From a virus, in the IMG/VR virus record IMGVR_UViG_3300045988_105923: a stretch of 50,563 nucleotides of DNA; one strand, 5' to 3'. The translations under genes were made by a program, and so were the position numbers. Shown one piece after another: positions 6,923 to 16,318 of the stretch (positions are counted from its first letter, which is position 1; each line of letters begins with the position of its first letter). Under the pieces are notes generated by a model. That model was not told where the DNA came from. It saw only the letters and a list, made by a program, of their open reading frames with translations, and ran no database searches.

Positions 6923-7467
6923 AGCGACGGCTTACCCGCGAGGAGCGACGGCGGCGCAGTAATCGAACGCTGAGGATTCTTACATATCTTTGCTTCGTCG
7001 GGCTTTTGGCAATCTGGCTAATTGGATTCCTGGCGCTGAATGTGGATGCGGAGCCTCCGCGCCCGGAACACACAAAAGCCATCATGCCGGAGATCACGTT
7101 GGACGAGCTGGAGGCGGCTGAAAATGAGCTGATTGAGGCCGCGCTGTTGGCCCGCTCAACCAAAATGGAGGACGTAACCATCACCTTCTATTGCTGCGAG
7201 GAGCGCCCACACATCTGCGGGACAGGCTCCGGCATCACTGCCAGCGGACGGCGCGTGACTCCGTATGTGAGCTGTGCTGTAGACCCTGCCGTGATTCCGC
7301 TGGGCAGCACCATCATGATCGCGCACAACGGCGAAATGTTGTATCTGCGGGCGGACGATACCGGCCCTGCTATCCGGGGAAATCGTATAGATTTGGCAGT
7401 CCAGGGGCACCAAGAGGCCTTATCACTGGGTGTGAAAACGGCTGATATTTGGTGGTGCGAGGAATGA
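6919..7467 (+). CDS. Membrane-anchored 3D-domain (MltA/RlpA-like) cell-wall-binding or lytic protein
   Basis: It has a basic N-terminus and a TM segment (ILTYLCFVGLLAIWLIGFLAL). A 3D-domain-like pattern follows: ITASGRRV...CAVDPAVIPLGS...ADDTGPAIRGNRIDL. Confidence 0.7.
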   Translation: MKRRLTREERRRRSNRTLRILTYLCFVGLLAIWLIGFLALNVDAEPPRPEHTKAIMPEITLDELEAAENELIEAALLARSTKMEDVTITFYCCEERPHICGTGSGITASGRRVTPYVSCAVDPAVIPLGSTIMIAHNGEMLYLRADDTGPAIRGNRIDLAVQGHQEALSLGVKTADIWWCEE

Positions 7468-7691
7468 GCCTGATTGAGGATTCGGTTTCCGCACGTAAAG
7501 CCCATATGACCTACGGGCAATGGAAATTGCTTCACCCTGGAGACCCACCGCCAAGAAAAGGACATCCATCAATTGGAACCCGGTACTGTGAGGTGTGCGG
7601 CGCAGTTTTGAAGCGACGGCAAAAACGATTCTGCTCTGTCGATTGTTCCGGCAGGGTTTGGAAACAGCAAAAGCGGAAGGAAGAGAAATGA
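7464..7691 (+). CDS. Small zinc-ribbon protein
   Basis: The start overlaps the previous stop as ATGA. It contains the Cys pairs CEVCG...CSVDC. Confidence 0.55.
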   Translation: MSLIEDSVSARKAHMTYGQWKLLHPGDPPPRKGHPSIGTRYCEVCGAVLKRRQKRFCSVDCSGRVWKQQKRKEEK

Positions 7692-7885
7692 AAGCTCTAA
7701 AATGCTGCCGGTGTGATGCAGAAATTAGACCCGGAGATCAATATTCCGTTATTTTAGGTGAAATTTACTGCAAAGACCACGAAGAAGAATTTCTTAAAGA
7801 TGAACTGGAAGCTCGGTTTGATGAACTAAGAGAGCAGTTAGAAGAAATGGTTGGTATTCCGGTTTACTATTTGGAGGAATTATGA
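7688..7885 (+). CDS. Small Cys-containing protein
   Basis: The start overlaps the previous stop as ATGA. The product begins MKALKCCRCDAEIRPGDQYSVILGEIYCKDH. Confidence 0.55.
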   Translation: MKALKCCRCDAEIRPGDQYSVILGEIYCKDHEEEFLKDELEARFDELREQLEEMVGIPVYYLEEL

Positions 7886-8526
7886 GCAAGCTGATTTGCG
7901 TGATGGGTGAGTCTGGTTCCGGAAAGACCACAGCCATGAGAACATTAGACCCCAAAACAACGTATTATGTCGATTGCGATGGAAAGGGATTGGCTTGGAA
8001 AGGATGGCGCAAGCAGTACCATTCAGAAGCCAAGAACTATACCGTTTCAAGAGACATTCCAAAAATAACAAAATTGATCGTTGATATCAGCGAAAAGAAG
8101 ACCGAAACCAAAACTATTGTTGTTGACACACTAAACACCTGCATGGTGGACAAGGAAATCAAGGGCATGAAAGAAAATGGTTATGGAAAATGGATTGACT
8201 TGACGCAGTTTGTATGGGACTGCATCGAGACAGCCGGAAAACAGAGAGCCGATCTGACCATCATCTTTATCATGCACAGTGAGACGGTTCGTGATGATTT
8301 TGGTTACAGCTTTACCAGGGTAAAAACCAACGGACGGAAGTTGGAAAAGCTGGTTCCTGAAAGCCTGTTTGGAACGGTTCTTCTGGCAAAGAAGAACGAG
8401 GAGAACCGCTATGTATTTGAGACCCAATCTCAAAACAGCACGGCAAAAAGCCCAATGGGAGCCTTTGAATCCTTTGAGATCGACAACGATATGGCAATGG
8501 TCTTAAAGGCACTGGAGGATTTCTGA
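7882..8526 (+). CDS. AAA_24/Sak4-like P-loop ATPase (recombination-associated)
   Basis: The Walker A motif is VMGESGSGKTT. Size and position upstream of a DUF669-like gene are typical of Firmicutes phage recombination modules. Confidence 0.8.
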   Translation: MSKLICVMGESGSGKTTAMRTLDPKTTYYVDCDGKGLAWKGWRKQYHSEAKNYTVSRDIPKITKLIVDISEKKTETKTIVVDTLNTCMVDKEIKGMKENGYGKWIDLTQFVWDCIETAGKQRADLTIIFIMHSETVRDDFGYSFTRVKTNGRKLEKLVPESLFGTVLLAKKNEENRYVFETQSQNSTAKSPMGAFESFEIDNDMAMVLKALEDF

Positions 8527-8744
8527 TGGCAAAATGTGAGGGTGTTACACATTATATTAAAGCAACAGCAGAGATTTATTTCCCAGATGGTCATGTTTGC
8601 TGCGAATTGTGTCCATTACTGGAGACCTATGCCAGAAAGCAATGTAGAAGAACTGGTGAGTACCTTTTAGATACGAGAATCACAGGTTTTTATTGTCCAT
8701 TGAAATTTAAAAATACGGAGGAAAACAAGAATGAAGCAGTTTAG
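8526..8744 (+). CDS. Small Cys-rich hypothetical protein
   Basis: The 72-aa ORF carries CCELCP...C...YCP and is coupled to its neighbours. Confidence 0.55.
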   Translation: MAKCEGVTHYIKATAEIYFPDGHVCCELCPLLETYARKQCRRTGEYLLDTRITGFYCPLKFKNTEENKNEAV

Positions 8745-9297
8745 CGGTTATGAGGCAAAGAAAGCGGTAACCAGAGAAAATTTACCAGTTGGCGGCTATG
8801 TAGCAAAAATCCTGAACGCGGAGGAAATGTCCTATTCCTGGGGGGCCGTCCTTCTGGTTTCTTTCGACATCGCGGAGGGCCAATACAAGGATTTCTTTGC
8901 TAATGATTACAAGGGCCAGGACCGTGAAGATAAGAAGTGGCGCGGTACATATCGACTTCGCATTCCTAACGATGACGGAAGCGAGCAAGACGGCTGGTCT
9001 AAAAGATCATTCAACAATGCCATGTACTGTATCGAGGACGGAAACCCTGGTTATCACTGGAACTGGGACGAGACAACCCTGAAAGGAAAAACCGTCGGTG
9101 TCCTGTTCCGCAACAAGGAATGGGAGAAGGACGGTAAAACTGGCTGGTTTACTGAGTGCTGCGCTCTGGCATGCATTGGAGATATCCGGGACGGCAATTT
9201 CAAGACGCCGAAAGACAAGCCCTTGAAAGATAAGGAAACTTCTTCTGGTGGATTTGCAGAGATTCCGTCCAGCCCTGACAGTGATCTTCCGTTTTAA
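8731..9297 (+). CDS. DUF669-like protein with an SSB-type acidic C-terminal tip (putative ssDNA-binding protein)
   Basis: It follows the AAA_24 gene. The C-terminus PDSDLPF resembles the SSB tip motif D-D-D-I/L-P-F. Confidence 0.7.
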   Translation: MKQFSGYEAKKAVTRENLPVGGYVAKILNAEEMSYSWGAVLLVSFDIAEGQYKDFFANDYKGQDREDKKWRGTYRLRIPNDDGSEQDGWSKRSFNNAMYCIEDGNPGYHWNWDETTLKGKTVGVLFRNKEWEKDGKTGWFTECCALACIGDIRDGNFKTPKDKPLKDKETSSGGFAEIPSSPDSDLPF

Positions 9298-9812
9298 TGG
9301 ACCACTTCGCTGTTGACAAGGCCCTGTCTACCATGACAGTGCTCTGTGATACCAGGGAGCAAAACACGCTGCGGGCCAGAAAACGTTTCAAGCAGATCGG
9401 AGTCCCGATTGAGAGGGCAGCCCTCTCTTTCGGGGACTACTCCGTAAGGTGTGACGTTTTGGATTTGCGGGACAATGTAGCCATAGAACGAAAGATGGAT
9501 TTGTCTGAATTGGCCCATTGCTACTGTCAGGAACGGAAACGCTTTGTGCGCGAGTTTGAGCGGGCCAAAGAGGCGGGGGCTAAGTTATATCTCTTGGTCG
9601 AGAATGGGAGCCTTGACGAGGCTTACAGCGGCCACTACAGGGCGAGAGTTCATCCCAAGTCTTTGACCGCTTCCATGCTTGCTTGGCTGGCTCGTTATAA
9701 CTGCCAAATCCTGTTTTGCAAAGAGGAGAACAGCGGCCAGGTGATTCATGATGTGCTGTACCGGGAATTGAAAGAACGACTGGAGGCAATGCCGGATGAA
9801 GAAGCAATTTAA
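9297..9812 (+). CDS. ERCC4/XPF-Mus81-like nuclease domain protein
   Basis: The motifs DTREQ, FGDYS and AIERK occur in the order and spacing expected for ERCC4-type nucleases. Confidence 0.6.
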   Translation: MDHFAVDKALSTMTVLCDTREQNTLRARKRFKQIGVPIERAALSFGDYSVRCDVLDLRDNVAIERKMDLSELAHCYCQERKRFVREFERAKEAGAKLYLLVENGSLDEAYSGHYRARVHPKSLTASMLAWLARYNCQILFCKEENSGQVIHDVLYRELKERLEAMPDEEAI

Positions 9813-9978
9813 GATCACCTGCACCCACAATCCACAGGACTTTTATAACGGCATTGAACCGTCAGAATTAACAAAAGTTTATACTACGAGTAATCTTGAA
9901 GAAGATGCCGCAAAAGAACTGGAGAACGGCTATCAGGTGATCGTAACAAAGGCAGGTGATGATCTTGCAGATGTATGA
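9796..9978 (+). CDS. Hypothetical small protein
   Basis: The 60-aa ORF overlaps both neighbours in the same operon. Confidence 0.5.
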   Translation: MKKQFKITCTHNPQDFYNGIEPSELTKVYTTSNLEEDAAKELENGYQVIVTKAGDDLADV

Positions 9979-10573
9979 TGGTGGATTTGTCCTTTTATAC
10001 CGCTCCATCCTCAATTGGGAATGGTACGGGGACAAAAACACGACGCTGCTCTTTTTTCACCTGATTTTGACGGCTAATTACATGCCTGGAGAGTGGCGTG
10101 GGCGGCGTATTGAGGTGGGTCAACGGGTCACTTCGTTAACAAAAATTTCACAAGAAATTCACATGTCAATTAAGGAAATTCGGACAAGCCTAAAGCACCT
10201 TCAACAGACAGGCGAAGTGGCATGCGAATCAACGAACCAATACACTGTGATTACAATAAAAAATTACGAAAAGTACCAAAGCGGGGCAAGCGCAACGGCA
10301 AGCAAAAGGCACACAGATGGGCAATCCAGAGGCAAGCGAGGGGCAGGCAAAGGGCAACAATATAACAAAGGAATAAAGGAACAAAGAAATAATAATAAAA
10401 AAGGCGCGTCCCCGGCTTCGCCCTTGACGGACGAGCGGGTCCCCGCCATAGGGGACGGCGAGCGCATGATCGAGCTTGATGGAGAGAACCACAGATTCCC
10501 GAAAAGCTGGTATAGGCTGGCTGAGGAAAAAGGCTGGACGATTGAACAGTATGTGAGGTGGCGGCATCAATGA
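9959..10573 (+). CDS. Putative replication organiser or winged-helix DNA-binding protein
   Basis: The N-terminal segment is LLYRSILNWEWYGDKNTTLLFFHLILTANY...SLTKISQEIHMSIKEIRTSLKHLQQTGEV, followed by a basic low-complexity linker. It lies directly upstream of the primase-helicase. The start is uncertain (9956, 9959 or 9971). Confidence 0.55.
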   Translation: MILQMYDGGFVLLYRSILNWEWYGDKNTTLLFFHLILTANYMPGEWRGRRIEVGQRVTSLTKISQEIHMSIKEIRTSLKHLQQTGEVACESTNQYTVITIKNYEKYQSGASATASKRHTDGQSRGKRGAGKGQQYNKGIKEQRNNNKKGASPASPLTDERVPAIGDGERMIELDGENHRFPKSWYRLAEEKGWTIEQYVRWRHQ

Positions 10574-12342
10574 GCTACATATTCAAGTCAGAAGATGCTT
10601 TTGGACTGGCTAGGGCAATCGGGATTGAAACACACGAACATGGAGACGAACTGTTTTTCAAGTTCTGCCCGAAATGCAAAGGCGGGGAACACCACGACAA
10701 AGACACGTTTTCGATCAATTTGAAGACTGGCCTGTTTAAATGCTTTAGAGCCGGGTGCGATTATCGCGGGCACTTTGTGGAGCTGGCAAGGGATTTTGAC
10801 TATGACCTTGGATTTGGAGAAAAGCGGGTTTACAGGAAGCTGCCGCAGAAGCCGGTTGTGGTTCGTGACGGGGCTGTTGAGTACATGGCTAGTCGTGGGA
10901 TTAGTGCAGAGGTGTGCAAGCGATATGAGCTAACCACCAGGACCGATAATAAGAACATTCTGGTTTTTCCCTTTTATGACGAGTCCGGGACGCTTCAATT
11001 TGTGAAGTACCGGAATATGAAGTTTAGAAAGGGAATTGATAAAAACAAAGAATGGTCCGAGGCAGACGCCATGCCAATCCTTTTTGGGATGAAGCAGTGT
11101 GTTGGATTTGATCGGCTGATTATCACAGAAGGCCAGATAGATAGCCTTACAGTTGCGGAGTGTGGTCTTGACAATGCGGTATCTGTTCCAACAGGGGCCA
11201 ATGGTTTTACTTGGCTGGCTAACTGCTGGGACTGGATTACACGATTCAAAGAGATCGTGGTATTCGGGGATAACGAACATGGCAAAATCACATTGGCTGA
11301 TACATTAAAAGCGCGGCTGACCCAAGTTATCAAAGTTGTTCGGCGGAAAGACTATCTGGGAGAAAAAGATGCCAACGACATACTCAGAAAATACGGAAAA
11401 GAAGCTGTTAAAACTGCTGTCAACAATGCGGAGGTTCCGAGGCTGGAAAACGTCAAGGACCTGTCAACAGTCGAAAGCATAGATCTAAATAGCCTACAAA
11501 AGATTAAAACCAACATTCCAGAGATTGACCGTGTAATTGGTGGGCTAGTCATGAGCCAAGTGGTGTTACTTACCGGAAAACGCGGAGAGGGAAAGTCCAC
11601 GTTTATGAGCCAACTTGTGTGTGAAGCTTTAGACCAGGGAGAAAACGTATTTGTGTATTCCGGTGAACTGGCTGATTATCATTTTAAACGGTGGCTGGAC
11701 TATCAGTTAGCCGGAACAGGGAATATCCAGTCTCACTTGAATCCCTATGGAGATTACGAATACAGCATTGCAAAGTCGGTCTTAGATCAAATTTCCAACT
11801 GGTATAAAGGCCGGGCTTACATATATGACAATAGTTGGGTTCCGGATGGTGGCGAAGAAATGGAAACCCTTCCGGAGACGATTGAGAAAGTCATCCGACA
11901 GTATAGCGTCAGACTGGTTTGCATCGACAATCTGATGACGGCCATGGAAACAGTGGCTGATAATTCTCAGCTCAATTTGGCTCAGAGCAATTTTGTTGGA
12001 AAACTCAAACAAATAGCGGCAAAGTACGACGTGGTCATTATTCTGGTGGCACACCCAAGGAAAAGCAAGGACGATTTTAGCAATGACGATGTTGCTGGGT
12101 CTGCAGACATTACCAATAAGGCTGATGTAGTAATGTCTTATCAACGATCAGATTCTACAGATTGCAATAGCATCTTGCAGGTCACCAAAAATCGTTTGTT
12201 TGGGAAATATGCCGTTAAGGATGACGCTGTCAGGCTTATGTACAGCGAAAAGTCCAAGCGGATATTTTCCAGTGACGGCGACAGACATTATGGATGGGAA
12301 AAAAATTTTACCAAAACAGACGAAGATGCCTGGATGATTTGA
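10570..12342 (+). CDS. Bifunctional primase-helicase (zinc finger, TOPRIM and DnaB-like ATPase)
   Basis: The Zn finger is CPKCKGGEHHDKDTFSINLKTGLFKCFRAGC. TOPRIM motifs are IITEGQIDSL and VVFGDNE. Walker A is LTGKRGEGKST and Walker B is LVCIDNL. Confidence 0.88.
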   Translation: MSYIFKSEDAFGLARAIGIETHEHGDELFFKFCPKCKGGEHHDKDTFSINLKTGLFKCFRAGCDYRGHFVELARDFDYDLGFGEKRVYRKLPQKPVVVRDGAVEYMASRGISAEVCKRYELTTRTDNKNILVFPFYDESGTLQFVKYRNMKFRKGIDKNKEWSEADAMPILFGMKQCVGFDRLIITEGQIDSLTVAECGLDNAVSVPTGANGFTWLANCWDWITRFKEIVVFGDNEHGKITLADTLKARLTQVIKVVRRKDYLGEKDANDILRKYGKEAVKTAVNNAEVPRLENVKDLSTVESIDLNSLQKIKTNIPEIDRVIGGLVMSQVVLLTGKRGEGKSTFMSQLVCEALDQGENVFVYSGELADYHFKRWLDYQLAGTGNIQSHLNPYGDYEYSIAKSVLDQISNWYKGRAYIYDNSWVPDGGEEMETLPETIEKVIRQYSVRLVCIDNLMTAMETVADNSQLNLAQSNFVGKLKQIAAKYDVVIILVAHPRKSKDDFSNDDVAGSADITNKADVVMSYQRSDSTDCNSILQVTKNRLFGKYAVKDDAVRLMYSEKSKRIFSSDGDRHYGWEKNFTKTDEDAWMI

Positions 12343-12352
12343 GAGGATAGAT

Positions 12353-12817
12353 ATGGATTTTATTTGGGAAAAAGAAGCTGCTAACCAGGAACCTATGCCG
12401 GACGGGCTTTTGCTGGCAGAACAAAAAGCATTTCAAGTAATATCTGCCCTTTATGCGCGGTTTTATGCGAAGATGATTACAAAAGAACAGGCGGCTATGG
12501 ATAAGCAAAAAATTAAGGCTGCACTGAAAGAAGAAATCAGCGCTGATAACTTCCGGGACAATACCGCCTATGAGCGGGAGAAAATCCTGCGGCTTTCAGA
12601 GCAAGCTAGAATCAAGGCGCGGAAAGAACCAACAACAGAAAACTGCCTTGCGCTGGTGAATACCATTGATGGAATTTTAAAAAACGAGCTGCAACAAAAT
12701 GTGATCCTATCAGAACATGGAGCGAACTGTCCGTGCTGCAGGAGATTTTTTAACCGGGAACACGCAGATAGAAGGCCGCGATTCTGTGAGGACTGTGGTG
12801 CGATGCTGGTATGGTGA
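12353..12817 (+). CDS. Hypothetical protein with a C-terminal zinc ribbon
   Basis: The C-terminus carries CPCC...FCEDCG. Confidence 0.6.
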   Translation: MDFIWEKEAANQEPMPDGLLLAEQKAFQVISALYARFYAKMITKEQAAMDKQKIKAALKEEISADNFRDNTAYEREKILRLSEQARIKARKEPTTENCLALVNTIDGILKNELQQNVILSEHGANCPCCRRFFNREHADRRPRFCEDCGAMLVW

Positions 12818-12845
12818 ATAGTTGCTTGCTGGAAGGGAAGAGAAC

Positions 12846-13127
12846 ATGACGGATGATATGAAACGCGCCCTCTTGGGCGACCACGAGGCAAGTAAGCGAC
12901 TGAGCGAGGCGGGGGTGCTGGTACCATGCCCGTTCTGCAAAGGCGAGGTACGCAGAGTAATTGGCTTTGGTGGGCTGAATTTTTTCAAGTGCAGGAAATG
13001 CGGGGCGGTGGTGAGCTTTGACAATGACTATTTCAATGAGCACCCGAATGAAGCCCTCCTCGCCTGGAATACTCGTACACCAATTCTGAGCGCGGAGGAG
13101 ATGGAGATGCTGGAGGGGATGGAATGA
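12846..13127 (+). CDS. Lar-like restriction alleviation family protein
   Basis: The pattern CPFCKG...KCRKCG...ALLAWNTR matches the Lar-family CPFCG...AWN(R/T)R signature. Confidence 0.55.
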   Translation: MTDDMKRALLGDHEASKRLSEAGVLVPCPFCKGEVRRVIGFGGLNFFKCRKCGAVVSFDNDYFNEHPNEALLAWNTRTPILSAEEMEMLEGME

Positions 13128-13375
13128 AGAACCCGGGAGAATATGTTGACATTGGGGACCCAGCCTTGCAATTCAGAACAGACGAGGATGGAAACACCGT
13201 GGCCTCTGCAACGATACAGGCGGTTGTCCTCTGGAAAGAAGATATCGAAAACTACATCATGGACGAGATCATCAAGATGTGCAAGGAGCACGGAATTACG
13301 GACCTGTATGTGCTGAACCGGGATTTCATCCTATCGGCTATCAAGGAGAAGATGGAAAAGGAGGCCCACCAATGA
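13124..13375 (+). CDS. Hypothetical protein
   Basis: The 83-aa ORF is translationally coupled on both sides. Confidence 0.6.
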   Translation: MKNPGEYVDIGDPALQFRTDEDGNTVASATIQAVVLWKEDIENYIMDEIIKMCKEHGITDLYVLNRDFILSAIKEKMEKEAHQ

Positions 13376-13758
13376 CGCGGGAAGAAGCTGCCATCAAAAG
13401 CTGTGAGGATAGAATCAAGCACCTGAAAAGCGCGCCAACTCACCATTATGGGAAACGGCAGTGGGAAAGAGCCATTGAGCTGGAAAAGGTAAAAATAAAG
13501 GCCCTCCGCCCCGTCAGCCGGGAGCAGGTGGAGAAGGTGTTTCCTGGGTGCCCGGCATGTAAAAACGGGCCGCCGAAACTTCACATCCCAGCGTTTAGAG
13601 CTATGGCGGTATGTAATCAACACATGGATCACGAGGCTTTTGACATAGAGCTGAACAGTAAATTTTGCCTGAATTGCGGGCGGCCGTTGACGGACAAGGC
13701 CGTGGAGATGGTGATGGAGAAAATTAACAATATGGAGGAAATGAAAAATGAGCATTGA
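13372..13758 (+). CDS. Hypothetical Cys-containing protein
   Basis: An ATGA overlap marks the start. It contains CPACK...CLNCG. Confidence 0.6.
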   Translation: MTREEAAIKSCEDRIKHLKSAPTHHYGKRQWERAIELEKVKIKALRPVSREQVEKVFPGCPACKNGPPKLHIPAFRAMAVCNQHMDHEAFDIELNSKFCLNCGRPLTDKAVEMVMEKINNMEEMKNEH

Positions 13759-14083
13759 TTGCAGATATTTTACCAACGGGACGAAAACCGCATACACATT
13801 GAAGCATACTGATACTGGGCTGGTTGAGGAATTTGAAAAATTCGAGGAAATCCCGGTAGGAGTTCGAGAGCATTTTAAGCGGTTGACTACGCCGAAGTTC
13901 TGTGGCCCTGACCTCTCTACCATTCTTGGGCTAAACAGTGTATTTTACCCTGATTGGCCGAAAGCGTGTGGACACCCTGACTATCAAGGAAAACGGTGTA
14001 TAGCTGAATCCTGTAAGTATGCAGACGAAGCGGGAGGATGGGAAAAGTGCCTGTATTTACAGAGTGGAAAAGGGGGGCGCTGA
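13748..14083 (+). CDS. Hypothetical protein
   Basis: A 111-aa ORF in the same operon. Confidence 0.6.
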   Translation: MSIDCRYFTNGTKTAYTLKHTDTGLVEEFEKFEEIPVGVREHFKRLTTPKFCGPDLSTILGLNSVFYPDWPKACGHPDYQGKRCIAESCKYADEAGGWEKCLYLQSGKGGR

Positions 14084-14086
14084 AAG

Positions 14087-14359
14087 ATGGCAAGGGCGGT
14101 TGATGCTGATGTAATGTTAGCAGAACTGAAGCCAATTGACTATGAAGCTGAACATAGTGCTGTCCTCATATCAGACGTGGCAAAAATCATGCGAGAATGG
14201 GTTGAGCGTCAGCCCACCCTCACTCCGCCGAACGAGGCGCTAATATGCGATGGGTGTCTATGGGCGGAAATGGGGGCACTTGAAAAATGCTCGTCTTGTA
14301 TGAGAGACAAAAAAGATAATTACTACCGCCGCCCGCCGGAGGGAGAGGAGGACACCTGA
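14087..14359 (+). CDS. Hypothetical protein
   Basis: A 90-aa ORF containing CDGC...CSSC. Confidence 0.6.
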   Translation: MARAVDADVMLAELKPIDYEAEHSAVLISDVAKIMREWVERQPTLTPPNEALICDGCLWAEMGALEKCSSCMRDKKDNYYRRPPEGEEDT

Positions 14360-14667
14360 TGGACTACGAAAAGCTGATTGAGCAATTAAAACAAAAAGAC
14401 GGGCTGTGGTGTTCTGTGCCTACAGGAGAAAAACTTGTCACTGACGCTGCCGACGCCCTCACCGCCCTGCTGGCCGAAAACGAGAGGCTGCGGGCCGAGC
14501 TGGAGCAGAAATCAAAACTGATTGCTCAGCAGGCCGCAGAATTGGAACGGCGGGACAAACTGCTGAAAGAACAAGAGATCGAGTTGGATCAGATGAAGCG
14601 GGAGAATGAGACCCTAAAACATGCATTACAAAATTGGCACGAGGAGGCCGGGCATGAGGCTGATTGA
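14359..14667 (+). CDS. Coiled-coil hypothetical protein
   Basis: The 102-aa product has heptad-rich sequence (LLAENERLRAELEQKSKLIAQQAAELERRDKLLKEQEIELDQMKRENETLK). Confidence 0.6.
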   Translation: MDYEKLIEQLKQKDGLWCSVPTGEKLVTDAADALTALLAENERLRAELEQKSKLIAQQAAELERRDKLLKEQEIELDQMKRENETLKHALQNWHEEAGHEAD

Positions 14668-14929
14668 TATTGATGCATTGCCAAACTATAAGTTAATAGG
14701 GACAATGGCATTGGGGAGCGAAAGAAGCCCTGCTGAACTAAGAATAGTTTTATGGGAAGATATTAAATCTATGCCCACCATCGACGCCGCGCCTGTGGTC
14801 AGGTGCTGGGAGTGCGTACATAGAGATGGAACACCTGGACAGCCCAATATTCTTTGCGGACAAATGCACGATGACGATTTCTGCTCCTACGGCCAGCGAA
14901 AGGAGGCCGACCATGAGACTGTGCAATAA
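14654..14929 (+). CDS. Hypothetical protein
   Basis: The ATG lies 6 nt after GAGGAGG. The product begins MRLIDIDALP. Confidence 0.6.
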   Translation: MRLIDIDALPNYKLIGTMALGSERSPAELRIVLWEDIKSMPTIDAAPVVRCWECVHRDGTPGQPNILCGQMHDDDFCSYGQRKEADHETVQ

Positions 14930-15098
14930 AGACTGTATTGCCAATGTATGCGGAGAATGTGCCGTCGAAAAATGCGAGGGACAGATTCAAAGGATAGGCT
15001 GGCAGCAAGATTCAAAAATAGCAGCATGGGCTTATAAAATTGCCGTAGATTCATTCCATGACTATTTTGGAAATAGGGAGGCCGCCCATGAGCAGTGA
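14913..15098 (+). CDS. Hypothetical small Cys-rich protein
   Basis: The ATG lies 6 nt after AGGAGG. The product begins MRLCNKDCIANVCGECAVEKCEG. Confidence 0.55.
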   Translation: MRLCNKDCIANVCGECAVEKCEGQIQRIGWQQDSKIAAWAYKIAVDSFHDYFGNREAAHEQ

Positions 15099-15174
15099 AC
15101 TATGGCTTGGCTATGTGGCCGGTGCGCTAACCTTTGGATGGCTACTGCTGTGGATTGGGAGGAAGATTAAATGA
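15088..15174 (+). CDS. Possible 28-aa TM peptide
   Basis: The product reads [34 protein letters not shown] sits 7 nt upstream and the stop overlaps the next ATG. Confidence 0.3.
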   Translation: MSSELWLGYVAGALTFGWLLLWIGRKIK

Positions 15175-15944
15175 AGTTTCGAGACCCTGATACGGGGGAA
15201 GTAATTCCTATTTACATTGCGGTGACACGTTATTGCGCCACAAATGGTGGAGGGTGTTGCAAGTGCTCAATTCCGGAGTCCGTGAATTACCCAGAAAACA
15301 TATGTGAACCATGGGTTGAAACTCACCCCCACGAAGCCGCCCGCCTGATGGGCTATGAGGTGGTGGAGGATGAACCCGTTTCAGATTGTAACGGATTGAA
15401 TGAGGGTACAAATTGTACCCCGGTAAAGGGGGAGGCCAACACGGCTAACGCCGTGGAGGGTATGTGCTGCGACTGTGCTCATGGCGGCCCCTGTTGCTCT
15501 TGGGACGAAAACGAGGATTGTCAGCACAGGAAAAAGGACGGCACTTGCTGGGTACCATACACGAAGGAGGAGGCCAACATGGACAAGCCATTGAAGGAGT
15601 GGACACTGGGGGAACTGAAAGAGTGGTGCTATCAATACAGAAAGGCTCACACAGACAAGCCGTGCGAACAGACCTGCCCTATCTATCAGAGATGGATTTG
15701 CTGTCGTGAATGGGTACATGAGTGGGATTTGGAGGAAAAGCCCCGCTGGACGGAGCAGGAGGTGGAGAGGGCGAAGGCGATCAAACTTATTTATCCAAAT
15801 GCTGAAAAACTGGAATTAATACCATGTGCTATTCGTGTTTACACGGATATTGGGGCAATAGCCTATCTGCATACTGACCTATTTCCAAGCATGAAAAATG
15901 GACAAATTTCCACCCTTGACGAGATCATCGGAGGTGCGGAATGA
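15171..15944 (+). CDS. Cys-rich hypothetical protein
   Basis: A 257-aa ORF with many CxxC or CC clusters. Confidence 0.65.
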   Translation: MKFRDPDTGEVIPIYIAVTRYCATNGGGCCKCSIPESVNYPENICEPWVETHPHEAARLMGYEVVEDEPVSDCNGLNEGTNCTPVKGEANTANAVEGMCCDCAHGGPCCSWDENEDCQHRKKDGTCWVPYTKEEANMDKPLKEWTLGELKEWCYQYRKAHTDKPCEQTCPIYQRWICCREWVHEWDLEEKPRWTEQEVERAKAIKLIYPNAEKLELIPCAIRVYTDIGAIAYLHTDLFPSMKNGQISTLDEIIGGAE

Positions 15945-16318
15945 ACGAAGTTATGATTACCAACAAATGGGTCCATGAAGATGACCAGCAGGCCAAAGCC
16001 GACGCGGGGACTCTCTCAAAGAATGGGATGATCTCTACCAATAAGGAAGGCGGGCAACAGCATGCAAGACCTTATCGCTCTGAATGGCTCCCGCCCCGTG
16101 CCCTCTTGGCGGTATCACATGTGCGCTGGGAATCCGAGGCGGTGCATGGTTACAGTGAGGAGAACTATAAACTCATTCCGGCAAAGGAGCATGTTGGGCG
16201 GGCGATCACGCATCTTCTGGCGTGGCTGGCAGGTGACACCTCAAATGATCATCTGTCGCACGCTGCCACACGGGTATTGTTCGCACTGGAAATGGAGGAG
16301 GAAAGCCAAGATGAATAG
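15941..16318 (+). CDS. DUF5664-like (dATP/dGTP diphosphohydrolase N-terminal-like) protein
   Basis: The pattern [12 protein letters not shown]...[14 protein letters not shown]...[16 protein letters not shown] resembles that family's conserved helices. Confidence 0.5.
   Translation: MNEVMITNKWVHEDDQQAKADAGTLSKNGMISTNKEGGQQHARPYRSEWLPPRALLAVSHVRWESEAVHGYSEENYKLIPAKEHVGRAITHLLAWLAGDTSNDHLSHAATRVLFALEMEEESQDE

Noticed and set aside
13252-13923. A 223-aa minus-strand ORF in the early region
   Set aside because: It overlaps three tightly coupled forward genes. Its sequence is low-complexity and not protein-like, and it has no RBS.
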